Positions 28,401 through 40,438 of a stretch of 64,000 nucleotides of DNA are shown here, in pieces. Both the position numbers and the translations under genes were made by a program. The stretch's first letter is position 1; every line of letters begins with the position of its first letter. Source of the stretch: Gordius albopunctatus (taxonomy: Eukaryota). The DNA is taken from positions 1,984,001-2,048,000 of the forward strand of contig OZ193909.1 of the NCBI GenBank assembly GCA_964276515.1. The letters run 5' to 3'. The notes below the pieces were generated by a model. It was given only the letters and a program-made list of their open reading frames with translations, was not told where the DNA came from and ran no database searches.

Positions 28401-31366
28401 AGAGGGGGGAGGCAATAATGATTTAGAGAAGGGGAGAAAAATCATCATTTTTTGAAATATCCGCCATAATTTTAATATCTAAATCTCAAAAAATTTTTGG
28501 ATTTAGAGGGGAGCAGCCCACACTCATCAAAAGAAAGAGAAAAAGTTTATGACCTTCCTTTTGCGGGTACTGAGAACTTGAAAGGGTAAAATTTGTTGTT
28601 TAACAGGATCCCAAGCCACGGTTTCCGTATCTAACACGAAGGACTTCACTTCACTTTCATCGTATACGCCGCTCTTCATCCTAGCTACCAGGTCAGGGTA
28701 TTTACTCGTGGTGTTCTCTTGGTTTCTACTGTACACATACATTTCACCCGATTCACTTAAATGTATCTTTAAGTTTGCAACACAAAAAATTTGCAAATTA
28801 AGGCATAATTTTAGTAGTAAAGATATTTAATTCATTTCAAAAATCATTCATTCTAGCAAATATAAAAGGTTATAATGAGCAATACGACATTCATCTTACA
28901 AGGAATATTTAAAAACTTGGGTTTATTATAGCATGAGGGGGGGGGGTTTGTGTTGCAAAAACGAAAGGTCTTGATTGGTCGACGTTTGGTCTGGTTTTCA
29001 AATTTGGACTAAGCCTAAAGGTCGAGCAAACAAAGTCAACCCGTTTTTACAACACTACTACTGTGAACAACTTAAATATCTAATTGAATATGAGAATATT
29101 AATCTTGTAAAATATCACAAGAGATTGAAAAAATTTAGGGCTAAATTGTTTCTATGACGTCCTCTAAGATATGAATAAATTTAGATAGTTAGTCTAACTA
29201 AGCCTATGATTTAGTAAAATTTATTAAATATTTAAGATGGCGAACCTGGGCCCTTTCACCATCGTATTTCCATTCGAATGTTAATTCGGTGTTGTCAAAT
29301 TTCTTAAAAAGTTCTTGAATACCCTTTGTTGGTTGGGCTAGCATAGGCTCCACCGGAATTCCTCAAAAATATTTACAAAAGATTTTTAGCATAAAAAGGC
29401 ATTTGAAATTTAAAAAAAATAAATAAATTGCATATATTAGATAATGCGCAAACCAGGTTGAATTTTGCAAAGGTCAGGTAAATTGGCTATTCCATCTTTT
29501 AAGATGTGTGGTATGATTAAATCAAAGGAGGGGCATTCTCTGCATATAAATATTTAAAAATATATATGTATGTTAAAAATTGTAAAATATAAAAAGAATA
29601 AAAAATTTATGGAAAACATGAATTTTAGATATTACGAAAAAGCTGATTTAAGGATTTGTGTGTTTTCGTCAACCTTCTTTTTGATAGCGTCTGCAGTCCC
29701 TGTTATCACATAGATTTAAAAAAAAGTCCATGAACAAACAATATAATAATATTAACACTAAAAATAAATTAATTTTAAACATTTATCTATAAAATTCATT
29801 CATGTTAATAAAGTCTGCCTAATTTTTAAAATTAATTTAATTTAATAAAAAAAAAGTTTGTAATCATTTGTAAAAATTACCCTTTTCATTAGGTGTAAAA
29901 GCCTGAGCCAAAGCAGCTATTACACTTTGCTGAGCCAAACCAATCCTCATTTTACCCAGGACAAATCTTATCATATATCTGGCTTCTGAATTTTGGCATG
30001 CTATAAACAATGATTTCACTTTCTGTAATTTAAGTGTTGTACTCTAAAAGTAATATGTAAATTAAGCTATAATTAATTTGAAAGTCATTTGACAACAACA
30101 TTTTATGTCAAAAAGATTTATTTTACAAGTTATTAGCTGAAATCTTGTGTATTCTAATCATATGAAAAATATATTTAAGGCATATTCATATAATTCAAAT
30201 TTTTATAAATTAGGTGAATAGTTTAAATATTAAAAAAATAAAAAATACATTACAAATGTCAATATTATTGTATAATACATACTGAATTGCCACTAATTTG
30301 TGAAATTTCTTTAAAGGTTTTGAAAACTTTGTCAACTGTAAGCCTGGGTGGTTTAACCATTGTGCTTTGATTAGATTTACTACTTTCAGCAACCAAGCCT
30401 AGATCACCTTTTACATTCAAATCTTGTTTGATTGCATTTATATTTCTCCCTTAATAAAGTATAAAAAGTTTTATTAGCATTATTTAATCATAAACCAAGT
30501 CCATGAATTATAATTTTCACTACTGGTGATATTCCAAATTGTTTTAAAAAAATTGAAAAGTCACTAAACAATATTTTAAAGAAAGCTGATTTATTATATG
30601 CATTGATTTATTTTGAATTTTAAAATAATAAAGCTAATAATTTAAAATGTTCAAATACCTGTTGCCTCTCCTATCATTTTGATAATAACAGATTCACCTA
30701 TGCCTAACTCTTTGCCTTCATATGCCGGAGCTATTATGTTTAAGCATAAGTACAAAGAAGGCAGAAGATCAAATGGAGAAAGAGCTATAGTGGACTTAAA
30801 ATAATTGCTTAGGATTGATATGATCTTTAACCTATTATTAAAATAATTCTTTAAATAAAAGTGATATTACCTAGAAGATTCTTTTTCAATCTCCTCTAAT
30901 GTTCTAGCTAAAGCAGCATAGGGAATTCTGAATAGTTTTATTCAAAATAAGATAAAAAATTGATGTAAATGCTAACTTTTGTCCTGATTCCCACACAGCA
31001 TCTGAAATTATATCATAATTTGAAACATTTGGATTATACTCATCAATGTTTTTAATGTATCTTCACTATTTATTTGTCAAAACATAATTTATTTTACTTA
31101 GTGCTCAATGAAGAGGAGTTTTCACCTATAATGGAATGTATTTTAATGCCATTTTTATCCTCGACAACATCCTTTTTTAGCTTTGATTATATATGATAAT
31201 TACAGATCTTTTAATAATATATACTTTTTTTACAGGACTACTTCTAGTAGAGCTTATGGCTCGATCATTATCATTTTCCGATAGAATCTTCTTGCTAAAA
31301 AAAGCCCTTAAAACAAAGTAAATAAATTAAGTGCAAATATAATTACGTTATTTTATTTTGAGCCAT
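22454..31366 (-). CDS. LIG1: DNA ligase 1, multi-exon
   Basis: N-terminal PIP box [78 protein letters not shown] and [16 protein letters not shown]. The last exon ends DEDED* at 22454. Confidence 0.97.
23403..23802. repeat. Near-perfect 200-bp tandem duplication in a LIG1 intron, inside a CACAGGTCTACAAAAAA-ended element (related ends at 3963, 6782, 38780)
   Basis: 23403-23601 repeats at +200 with one visible mismatch. Confidence 0.9.
24564..24900. mobile_element. MITE with CATAGACTGCTCA TIRs (P-like terminus)
   Basis: 13-bp perfect inverted termini. Confidence 0.55.
24984..25186. mobile_element. hAT MITE family A, copy 4
   Basis: Same TIRs; TSD CATTCTAC/CATACTAC. Confidence 0.9.
27585..27690. 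mobile_element. Short MITE with TAGTGTTGTAAAAAG TIRs (related copies near 22618 and 28950)
   Basis: 15-bp inverted termini; copies share an ACTAAGCCTA(G/A)AGGT core. Confidence 0.55.
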
Positions 31367-31508
31367 CGTTTTACAGAGATTAGATTTAGGAATCAATAAA
31401 ATGGTAAGGTATTTAATTTGAAAAACCGCGAGTGATTTCAAAATCATATGCTGGCCGCATTTTGTTTAATACGTGACAAATACCAATAGACTTATTCTTT
31501 GCTAGAGC

Positions 31509-32590
31509 TATGGTTACCTAGGCAATTTGAATAAAGCAACTCGAACATCGGTTACCTAGGAAAAACTTAACCTTTATTATTCGAGCATTCACAACTCTCA
31601 CTATTCATAAATCTTAACCTTGTATTTGACCACTCATTATAATTTAAATCTCTCGTTATTATTCACACAAGTAAACTTACTAGATGTATATAAACACAAT
31701 ATGTTACATAAAAGAATTCATTCTCTTGAATCATTTGGGTTATATTAAAAGTAGAAACTTATTTCTCTAAAAATGGTGACCCCGACGTTTCAGGGGAGCC
31801 GAATTTTTTTAAATTCCTCCCCCTATAAATCTATAACTCAGGTAAACATTAACCCGACTGTCGGAGGTGACATAATTTTTCTGCCCCATAACAGTCCATT
31901 TAGTAATGGTGTTTGGTTTTCTTAGTTAAAATAAAACAATTCAGATATGGGGCATTATCTTCTAAATTCGGCATCCATATTTGTCCGACTGCTGGGAAAT
32001 ATACAATCTACCTACCTATCTAATTGTTAATACGAAGAAAACCAGGTTACCATACTACTCCGCTACACAAGCAACAACACCGTCTACTGAACGTCCTATT
32101 TGTCCACTGCTCTGCCAATGAACTTATTTGCAAAACACATCGCAGGACCGCTTGCAACGAGCAAAGATGACGTTCGGCAACGCAAAAACACTTACTAACT
32201 ACTACCTACCACTATCAAGTTTTTAACCAATACTGACCGATTTAACTGAGGGAAGAATGCGATTCTAAAATAGATATGTCTGCTCCGACAAATCTAATTA
32301 TATATTGGATAGCACATCAACTTCCAGGGTCCTCGGTCACAACACCAGCAAACACTAGTGCAAACAATAAACCTTTGATAAACTAAGCTAACTGAGTATT
32401 TTTACTTTCATTTTTTGCACTCCTTGCAAATAGGAGGGGAATTATATGGTTACCTAGGCAATTTGAATAAAGCAACTCGAACATGGGTTACCTAGGAAAA
32501 ACTTAACCTTTATTATTCGAGCATTCACAACTCTCACTATTCATAAATCTTAACCTTGTATTTGACCACTCATTATAATTTAAATCTCTC
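31509..32590 (+). mobile_element. Small non-autonomous LTR retrotransposon
   Basis: Direct repeats 31509-31653 and 32445-32590 (one visible mismatch). PBS TGGTGACCCCGACGT (31774-31788) is complementary to the tRNA-Trp 3' end. PPT AGGAGGGGAA (32432-32441) lies directly before the second LTR, which is cut off by an RTE fragment. Confidence 0.8.
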
Positions 32591-32855
32591 ATGGTGGTCA
32601 GTCCTTTCAGCATTCGTTTCCAATTGTCTATATATTTACAAAGACCTTTCTTTATCTTGTGGACTTTCATATCGTGCCGTATTTTATGTGTCCAGGTAAG
32701 CTTGGGTCTTCCTCTCCTTCGTTTTCCTGCGAAATTTACCATCTCAATTTTCTTTCCGACGTAGGTATCGTCTCTTCTTTCGACATGGCCAAACTATCTT
32801 AGTCTGTTTGTTATAAGCTTTGTCGTAATAGATGTAGTATCCAAAATTCTTCTTC
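32591..32855 (-). mobile_element. RTE LINE 3' fragment
   Basis: FGHVERR...GKRRRGRPKLTW motif typical of the RTE ORF C-terminus. Confidence 0.8.
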
Positions 32856-32990
32856 TATTTTAATCAAAGTCGAAACAATCCATAGGGAAAACTTACAACA
32901 CAATCTTCAAACATTTCCTAAAATTTCCTGAAATTTAGCCCAAAAATTAATATAACTTTTTGTCTGACATCTAGTGCCAGCTTCCTCCCT

Positions 32991-33111
32991 TTGCCCTCGG
33001 ATCGACTGATTCATGGACAACGGATTTAATCGATGAAATCCCGCACTGTGAATCAGCGATAAAAGGGTGCGTCATGGCTAACATCCCGGCTCTGTGACGC
33101 ACCGAGCAACA
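32991..33111 (+). ncRNA. Candidate structured RNA (two hairpins; possibly H/ACA-like)
   Basis: Hairpin 33001-33060 (15-bp lower stem, internal loop, GGATTT/AAATCC upper stem) and hairpin 33066-33103 (12 bp). G-U pairs work only on the + strand. ATAAAA hinge and ACA at 33109. Confidence 0.35.
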
Positions 33112-33362
33112 GACTCGAAAAATGTAAATAATTAATTTATACTAAATTAACCCAAAGGCTTTTATTTTATACCTAATACACTGTAAATTGCCATTGCACA
33201 TTCTATCATTTCTCGCGCCGCCCCTTCCTAATTTTATAAAAGCAAATCATGTGCAGACCACCAAATTATAGTAACAGAAAACGCGATGAGGGGTTGAATA
33301 TAGGTTAGCCACATAAAAACATATATTTTCAAGTTGTTACAACTAAGGCAATAATGTTTTAA

Positions 33363-33968
33363 CCCTCGAGAGTATTCCTCAAAATCCCGAACGCGAGAGT
33401 ATTCGTGGGGTATAACTCTACCCCACTTCTTAACTTCTTATAACTTTTAAAGTATTCCTTTAAAACCTTTAAAATTTAAACATATGTTTATAAAGGTGTT
33501 AAGATTGATGGTATAAATTTTGATATAAATCTAATCAACATTACAAAACTTATTAACAATTTTCTGCACCCCCATTTTTTTGGTTGTTTTAGAGCTTCCC
33601 CTCATTTTACCTCTTGACATCATATACCTTAAAATAAATCAAAATAAACGTGATTTTTTATTAAAAGAATGTTCAAAATATATTAAAAACACAAATTGTA
33701 AAAGATATCATTAAACAAATAAATATACATATATTTTCTAAAACAGAAAAAAACTTACGCGAGAGCATTCGTGGGGTATAATCATACCCCACGAGTCTAT
33801 ATCTTAAAAAGTATTAGGCCAACCAAAACCTATGAAATTTTCACCTAACCTAGTCTTGATAAAATATTAAGCTACTGAAAAACCAAATTTATTAGACTTA
33901 AATTGCTTTTATATTTTAATTTATAATTTGCGTGGGGTATAGAAATACCCCACGAATACTCTCAAGGG
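33363..33968. mobile_element. piggyBac MITE
   Basis: TTAA TSDs, CCCT(C/T)GAGAGTATTC TIRs and three GTGGGGTATA..TACCCCAC subterminal palindromes. Confidence 0.9.
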
Positions 33969-34823
33969 TTAAATAATTTATAGTATGTGCATAATTCAAG
34001 TGGTTTACATTTATATTTTTGTTTACTGAATCCTACTTTGTTTTCGATGGGTTTAAATATTTTTTATTCGTTGAGTATTGCCATCTGTTCGGAATATTGA
34101 GGAATGCCGAATTGTTTTTCATGGAATTAACGGCGTGATTTTAGATCCCACTTCTGACAAGTGTTGTGACGGGCGCGCTAGTCTTAAGAAAAAGAGCCAC
34201 ACCCACACTGTTAGTCTCCTTTTCTGGTGAAGACATTGAGTGTGAATGTGTTAAATACCGACCATTAGCTAGTCTATTATTTTTTCATAAGGACCCGATG
34301 GACACTTTGATATATGCTAAGGGGGTGTTATTAGCTAGTTGTTATTGTCATCACAACATCATCATCAACACGATGTGTGCTGTTGTTGTGCCTGCAGTGA
34401 AGTCAAACTTGTTAACCTCTAAGATATCCAATATTAAATTAAAGACTTTGCTAAGCTAGTACGAAACCATTACCGGACAGGACATTCAACATTTATTATA
34501 ACAATTAGGCCAGGGGCGTACGCAGGGTTGTATAATTTTTTTTTTTGGGGGGGGGGGTATAAGGGGAAGGGAAGGATCATAACAGACATTTTATTAAAAA
34601 AAAATATTAACTAATTAAATTATTTACAGAATGTTCCAGCTATTTAAACATACTCTATATTTTAAATTAGCAGACGACAATTTATTTATTTTATTAGTCA
34701 GGGTATTGACGGCGGACGAGAATATTCTTTCGTTAGGGACTGACCTAGGGGCTTGTCTCAAATAATCCTGTGTGGTATTTATTTTTTAAACTTCTTTTTT
34801 TAACGCCAAATTATCCTTGTTTC

Positions 34824-37800
34824 TTCTTCTTCTTCTTTATCAGTTATTTGGTCCCACATTGGTGGGGTTTGTTTTGATGAGTCTCTTCCATCTTGACCGG
34901 GTTAGTGCCATGTCTTGACTAATCTCTTTAGTTTCCATAACTTTATCGACTTGCCCTTTCCACGTGACACGGGGTCGTCCTCTTCCTCTCTTCCCCGGTA
35001 TTTCCATGTCTAGCACTTTTTGATTTACGTCATCCGTGTTCCTTCTTAGTATATGCCCATACCACCTTAGCCGATTTTCGTTAATCATGTCCGCCTAAGG
35101 TTGAATACCCATTTTTGTCATGAGAAAGTCATTCGTCATATGGTCGAGCTTAGTATACCCCAAGCTCCACCGTATCATTCTCATCTCCGTGGCTTGTAAT
35201 AGCTTTCCTTCCGTGCTGTTTAATGCCCATGTTTCACTTACATAGAGTAACACCGGTCTTACGATGGATTTGTAAGCTTTGCTCTTCAACCATATTAGCA
35301 TTTTCTTGTCGCACATTACACCGGATATACTTCGCCATTTAAGCCATCCTTTTTGAATCCGGGCATTGATTTCAGTTGCGCAACCTCCCTCTTGATGTAG
35401 CATAGAGCTGAGGTAAGTAAACCTGTCTACTTTTGGGTACTTTAGGTGGTCATTCAGCGATGGGGTGCTTGTACCGTTCATTTCCATGTATACCGTTTTT
35501 CGATCGTTGACCTTTAAACCATATCCAGCTAAGCGCTTTGATCACTTTTCTGCTTCTTCGAATACCTTCTCCCTTGTTTCCTCGCATAGTACTATATCAT
35601 CGGCATATAGCATACACCATGGTGATGGCTTTTGAAAGTCCCTCGTTATCGTGTCTATAATTATATTAAATAAAAAGGGACTTAAAGCGGAGCCTTGATG
35701 TAATCCAATATTAACCCGAAAAGGTTTAGAGTCTCCAACTGTCGTCCTAACGCAAGAGTTTGAAGCTTCATAGATATTTTTCATAAGCCGTATATATGCG
35801 TCAGGGATATTTTGTTTCCTCAGGCACCACCATATTAAATCGCGGGGGACCGTGTCATAAGCTTTCTCCAAGTCGATAAAAACCATATGTAGGTCTTTCC
35901 TCTTTTCACCATACTTATCCATCATTTGTCTTAGGGCGAAGATTGGGTCGATTGTGGATTTGCCGGCCACGAATTCGAATTGATTAGCCGATATTTCCAC
36001 CTCGTTTTTCAGCCTTGTTACTAAGATTCTTTCCATAAGCTTCAAGGAGTGGCAAGTTAGCTTGATACCTCTGTAATTGCCGCAGTCCTGAGGGTCTCCT
36101 TTGCCTTTGAATAAGGGTATAATCGTGCTTGCTCTCCATTGATTAGGGATTCGCTCTTTTTCCATAGGTATTCCATCTGGGCCATTTGCTTTTCCTTTTC
36201 TGCATCTTCTTCATTTGTGTCCTAACTTCATCCTTCTGAAAGAGTTCGACCCTATTTATATTTGGCTCAATTTCGGGAAGGGAATCCTTGTCATTTGCAA
36301 TATTCATAAGTTTCTTAAAATATACTTTCCACCTTTCCATCACTTCCTTCGGCTTGAATAAGGTTTGACCCTTCTCGCTTCTGACTATTTTAAGAACTCC
36401 GACATCTCGACTTTTCTTCTCCCTTATCTTGGCCAATTTGTACATAAGCCTATCGCCCCCTTTATGATCCAGTTTGTTTGCCATCTCGGTGTACGCAGCA
36501 TTCTTCGCTTTTGCAACGGCCTTTTTTGCGACCCTCTTTGGGTCCCCGTACTTTTGATAATCCTCCGACTTTTTTGATTTATGCCACCGTCTATATAGAT
36601 TTTTCTTTATTTCGATGAAATCTTTAACCGATTGATCCCACCACCATAGTTCCCTATTCATAGCTTTGCCTCCTTTGGTCTGTCCTAGAACACGAATCGC
36701 TGTTTCCTTAATGTCCTTAGATAGCGTCTCCCAATCGTCGTCTACGTCCCTTTGCAACTTCCTTGCACCCAATAGTGAGCAGGTTTTTTGATGGTATTCT
36801 TTGTTCGTCGACGTATCCTTTAGCCTTTTGTATCGAATTCGAGGTTCATAGACCTTTCTTCTTTCGGGAAATACTCTTCTGTCAAGATCCATAACAAGGT
36901 AACGATGTTGTCTGGCGATTTCTTCTCCCGGTATTACTTTGCAATCCTTGATACTCCATAAGTCCTTTCGCCGTATAAGCAAATACTCGATTTGACTAAA
37001 ATGCTTCCCACTTCTATAAGTCACAATATTATCTTCGCGCTTTTGAAAATAGGTGTTAACGATCGCCATGTCATATGCTTGGGATACTTGGAGAAGTTTT
37101 TCCCCTTCTTTGTTCTTCAGACCATGCCCATAGCCTCCATGATTGCGTTCATACCCAAGGCGATCTTTCCCTACGTGAGCGTTGAAATCGGCCCCAATAA
37201 CTAGCCTTTCTTCCTGTCGGATTCCTTGTATTTCCTTTTCCAATGAATCGAAGAATATGTCTTTCTCTGATTCTGAACACCCAATTTGGGGAGCATACGG
37301 GCACATAACGGTTAGGAGGCCCCCTTGATCCGCAATCTTCAACCACATTAGCCTGTCGGAACAACACTTGACTTCCACCACCTTGTCGTTGAACGATTCG
37401 CTTAGAACGATACCCACCCCGTTTCTACGATTTCGTGACCTGCTGTAGAAAAGCTTGTATCCCTCTCCTAATTCCCGAGCTTTCGTTCCGTTCCACCTCG
37501 TCTCTTGTAGGCAGGCGATGTGTACCTTTCTTCTTTTTAACATCTATGCGACCTCGATGCTCTTCCCCGTCAACGTTCCCACATTCCAGCACGTAATTCG
37601 CATTCTTTCCACAACTAGTTTCCTTAACCGCCTTCGTTGTGAGTTAGGCAGTAACCCTAGTGTATTTTTCACATTGCACGGGCGGGGTATGCAGTGCGCG
37701 TCGTTTGTGGAGGACGCCCTAGCCTTTTCTTGTAAAATCTCGTTTGAAACTATCATAAATTTTGGAGTTGATTTTTATAGCCGGTTTCCGACCTGACGCC

Positions 37801-37848
37801 AACCCTCCACTTTTTGCACACGGACTTGGGACCGTCGTAGGTAGTGTT
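34824..37848 (-). mobile_element. Full-length RTE-clade LINE (APE endonuclease + RT), disabled by stops and a frameshift
   Basis: TCWNVGTL, ACLQET, GADFNAHVG, FIDLEKAYD, GLHQGSALSP and YADD motifs, and a (GAA)n tail. 17-bp TSD CAAATTATCCTT(G/T)TTTC at 34807 and 37849. In-frame stops at 37544, 35542 and 35095; frameshift near 36170. Confidence 0.95.
37797..37848 (-). ncRNA. Twister ribozyme (P1 type, 3' cleavage product) forming the RTE 5' end
   Basis: AACACUACCUACGACGGUCCCAAGUCCGUGUGCAAAAAGUGGAGGGUUGGCG aligns almost base for base with the rice Osa-1-4 twister as recalled. P2 CACU/AGUG, P4 ACGG/CCGU, T1 CCC/GGG and T2 AC/GU are intact, and the catalytic A and G are present. Confidence 0.85.
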
Positions 37849-40438
37849 CAAATTATCCTTTTTTCATTTCCGATAAATTAATTGTAAATATTCGTGGCAT
37901 AGGTTAGGGAATATAAAATTTTTTATTACATTCTATTTGTTATTAAAAATAAAAATTAAACAACCAACAATTCGGGCTCGCTGCTGGGCCCAATCGGTTA
38001 AGGGGCAGGCTACCGTAAGAAAAATCGTTTTTATCCGATAAAATAGTTACAAAAAAAATTAATTATGAAAATTTTATTACCCCCTACTTCAAAAAATCCT
38101 TCTTATGTTTCTAGGTTTTTATAAGTATCTTGAAGCCTTTGATGTAACTAAACTATAATATTTTAACCTATTTAATTTAGTTATTAATAAAAACACTTTT
38201 CAGGAATTTTCCGCCCCCCCTCTCATTTAAGCCACTGATTTATCGACAATGTTGCTATGTTAGAAAAAAGTAAATAGTACTTTCTACTATTTACCCCCTT
38301 ATGCCTTATTTGTTTCATCAATGTGATGGTAAATGTAACTAATTTAATGGCACATATGGCCGTTCTATTTTCTACAATTTAGGACCATGGGGGAGGGAAT
38401 TAGTAAAAAAAGGGACCTTACACTAGGCAAGCGCGTATTACGAGGTACCTTTATATGGGTGTGGCTTCGTAGTCTCTTTCTTCCCATTAAGGCATGGGTG
38501 TAAAATGGCGCGCTGCATAGCAACACTAATTCTGACACAAATTGTCAAATTCGGAATTTGTGGAATTCGACGTTGTGATATTGCAAATTGTACATATAAA
38601 CTAAGTTATTTATTATATTTATTAACCGCGACAAAAATAATCCGCGAATATCTATATATTTTGATATTTCGTTTCATATCTTTTTCGATTTATAATTATA
38701 GTGTACAAGCGAAATTATTGATATGTTTATAACGGTTTTGGATCAAAAATGATTCCTATTTTTATTTTCCCTCTGATTACACAGGTCTACAAAAAAACAT
38801 GCCGAAATCCGACCAATAATTCTGATAGAGAATTGTGCGCTGAAAAATATTATGCTTTTAGTTATTTTCTAAAATTAACAGTTTTTTATTAAATATATAT
38901 ATATTTGTTAAATCAAATTTTATAGCTTGTCTTGTATAATAACATATGAGTGTCCCTTGGGGCATGTAATATTTTTTTAATATGTTTATTTGCAATCCTT
39001 AGCTTTAATATATATTATAAACATACATACTTAATATGAGTTCTGATTATGTAGTTATAACTAAAGCAACTTCAAATTTTGCAATAACGTATCCTTTCTG
39101 ATCCGATAATATTTTAAGTCGGTGCCTAATTAACCAAAATACCTACATAAATTTGGCTACAATGGCTGAAAATTTTTTCAACCACAGCGATTTGTGTGTC
39201 CGCCGAATATTCGAAAATACTGTAATAGATTTATCATGATTCTGCCAGGAGTTACCCTTGAACACAAGCTACACCCCCTTCTTAAGCAATAAGTCATATT
39301 ATGCTTTTTTTGACATTTATGATATCTTTGACGCTATAAAGGTAGGGTTCTGAGATGCATTCTAATCCACTAAATTTTTTGTAAATGTATTAATTTGGCA
39401 AGATTGGTACATATATGAGCATAAGGTTCAATAATAAATGAATATTTTGTGGGAAAATTATTTTAAAACTGGATCAAGTGAATATTTCAGGGCATAATAT
39501 TAGGTCTTACACTATAACGGAATAGCTTCTTATTTGAATGTAAGAGTATTTGTTATAAAATTATATATGTGTAATTTATTAAAAACTTAACTCCTATAAT
39601 CTTTTTCTAGTAACAACGCTACTTTTATTGATGTTTTTACAACATTGTAAGTGTGCCATTAATTATCTATGTTATGAATAATAAGAAATATCCACTCGCA
39701 CCCTTATGGTTTATAATTTAAAAAACATGTATTAATGAATTGATAATAATTATAGTAGAGGAAAATTCTTGTCTTATTTATCCAAAGGCATTACTTGTTT
39801 TGTTGTTGCCAATGCTAGCAAAGGGTCCCCGCTAATCCAAATATGTAACTAAGCTAAATACAAGTGTAAATGTATATCTAGTAGACCAGATAGCTATAAT
39901 ACAAATGCAAGTTGATATTTTTATACAAAATTGTCTTTTTAATAGGAAGGTTATATTTATTAACTATCTTTATACTGTGAAGTGAAGTAGTGTACAAGCG
40001 ATATTAATTACATGTTTATAAAGGTTTTAGATAAAAAGAGATTCGCCATATTTATATTCCCCTGAATTATTTAGATTAAAAAAACTTATATAGTATAAAA
40101 AAATTCTAAAGTCGAGACGAGATTTTCTATGACGAGACTAGATCGAAACACTAGCGAGTGGCGATAATAGTTAGACAAAAAAATTTGAGAGAAAAACAAA
40201 AAATCTTTACAAATAGTAATTTTTTATAATGATAAATTGCAAAATGTTATTTTGGTAGAATTACATTTAAACTTGATTTTGCATAGATGTTCAACAAATT
40301 TAATTTTAACCGGTATATTTATATCAAGTGCATAAGGAATGATAACACAAAATGGTTTTGTAAATGAAACTTAAATTTACAATTTGCAAATATGGTATCA
40401 AATATAAAGTAATAACAAATATATGGGCAAAGCATGAT

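Noticed and set aside
32970..33111. HDV-like or hammerhead ribozyme, SECIS or IRE reading of the hairpin island
   Set aside because: There is no valid P3/L3 pseudoknot, CUGAUUCA is not the CUGAUGA core, and neither an AUGA/GA quartet nor a CAGUG apical loop is correctly placed.
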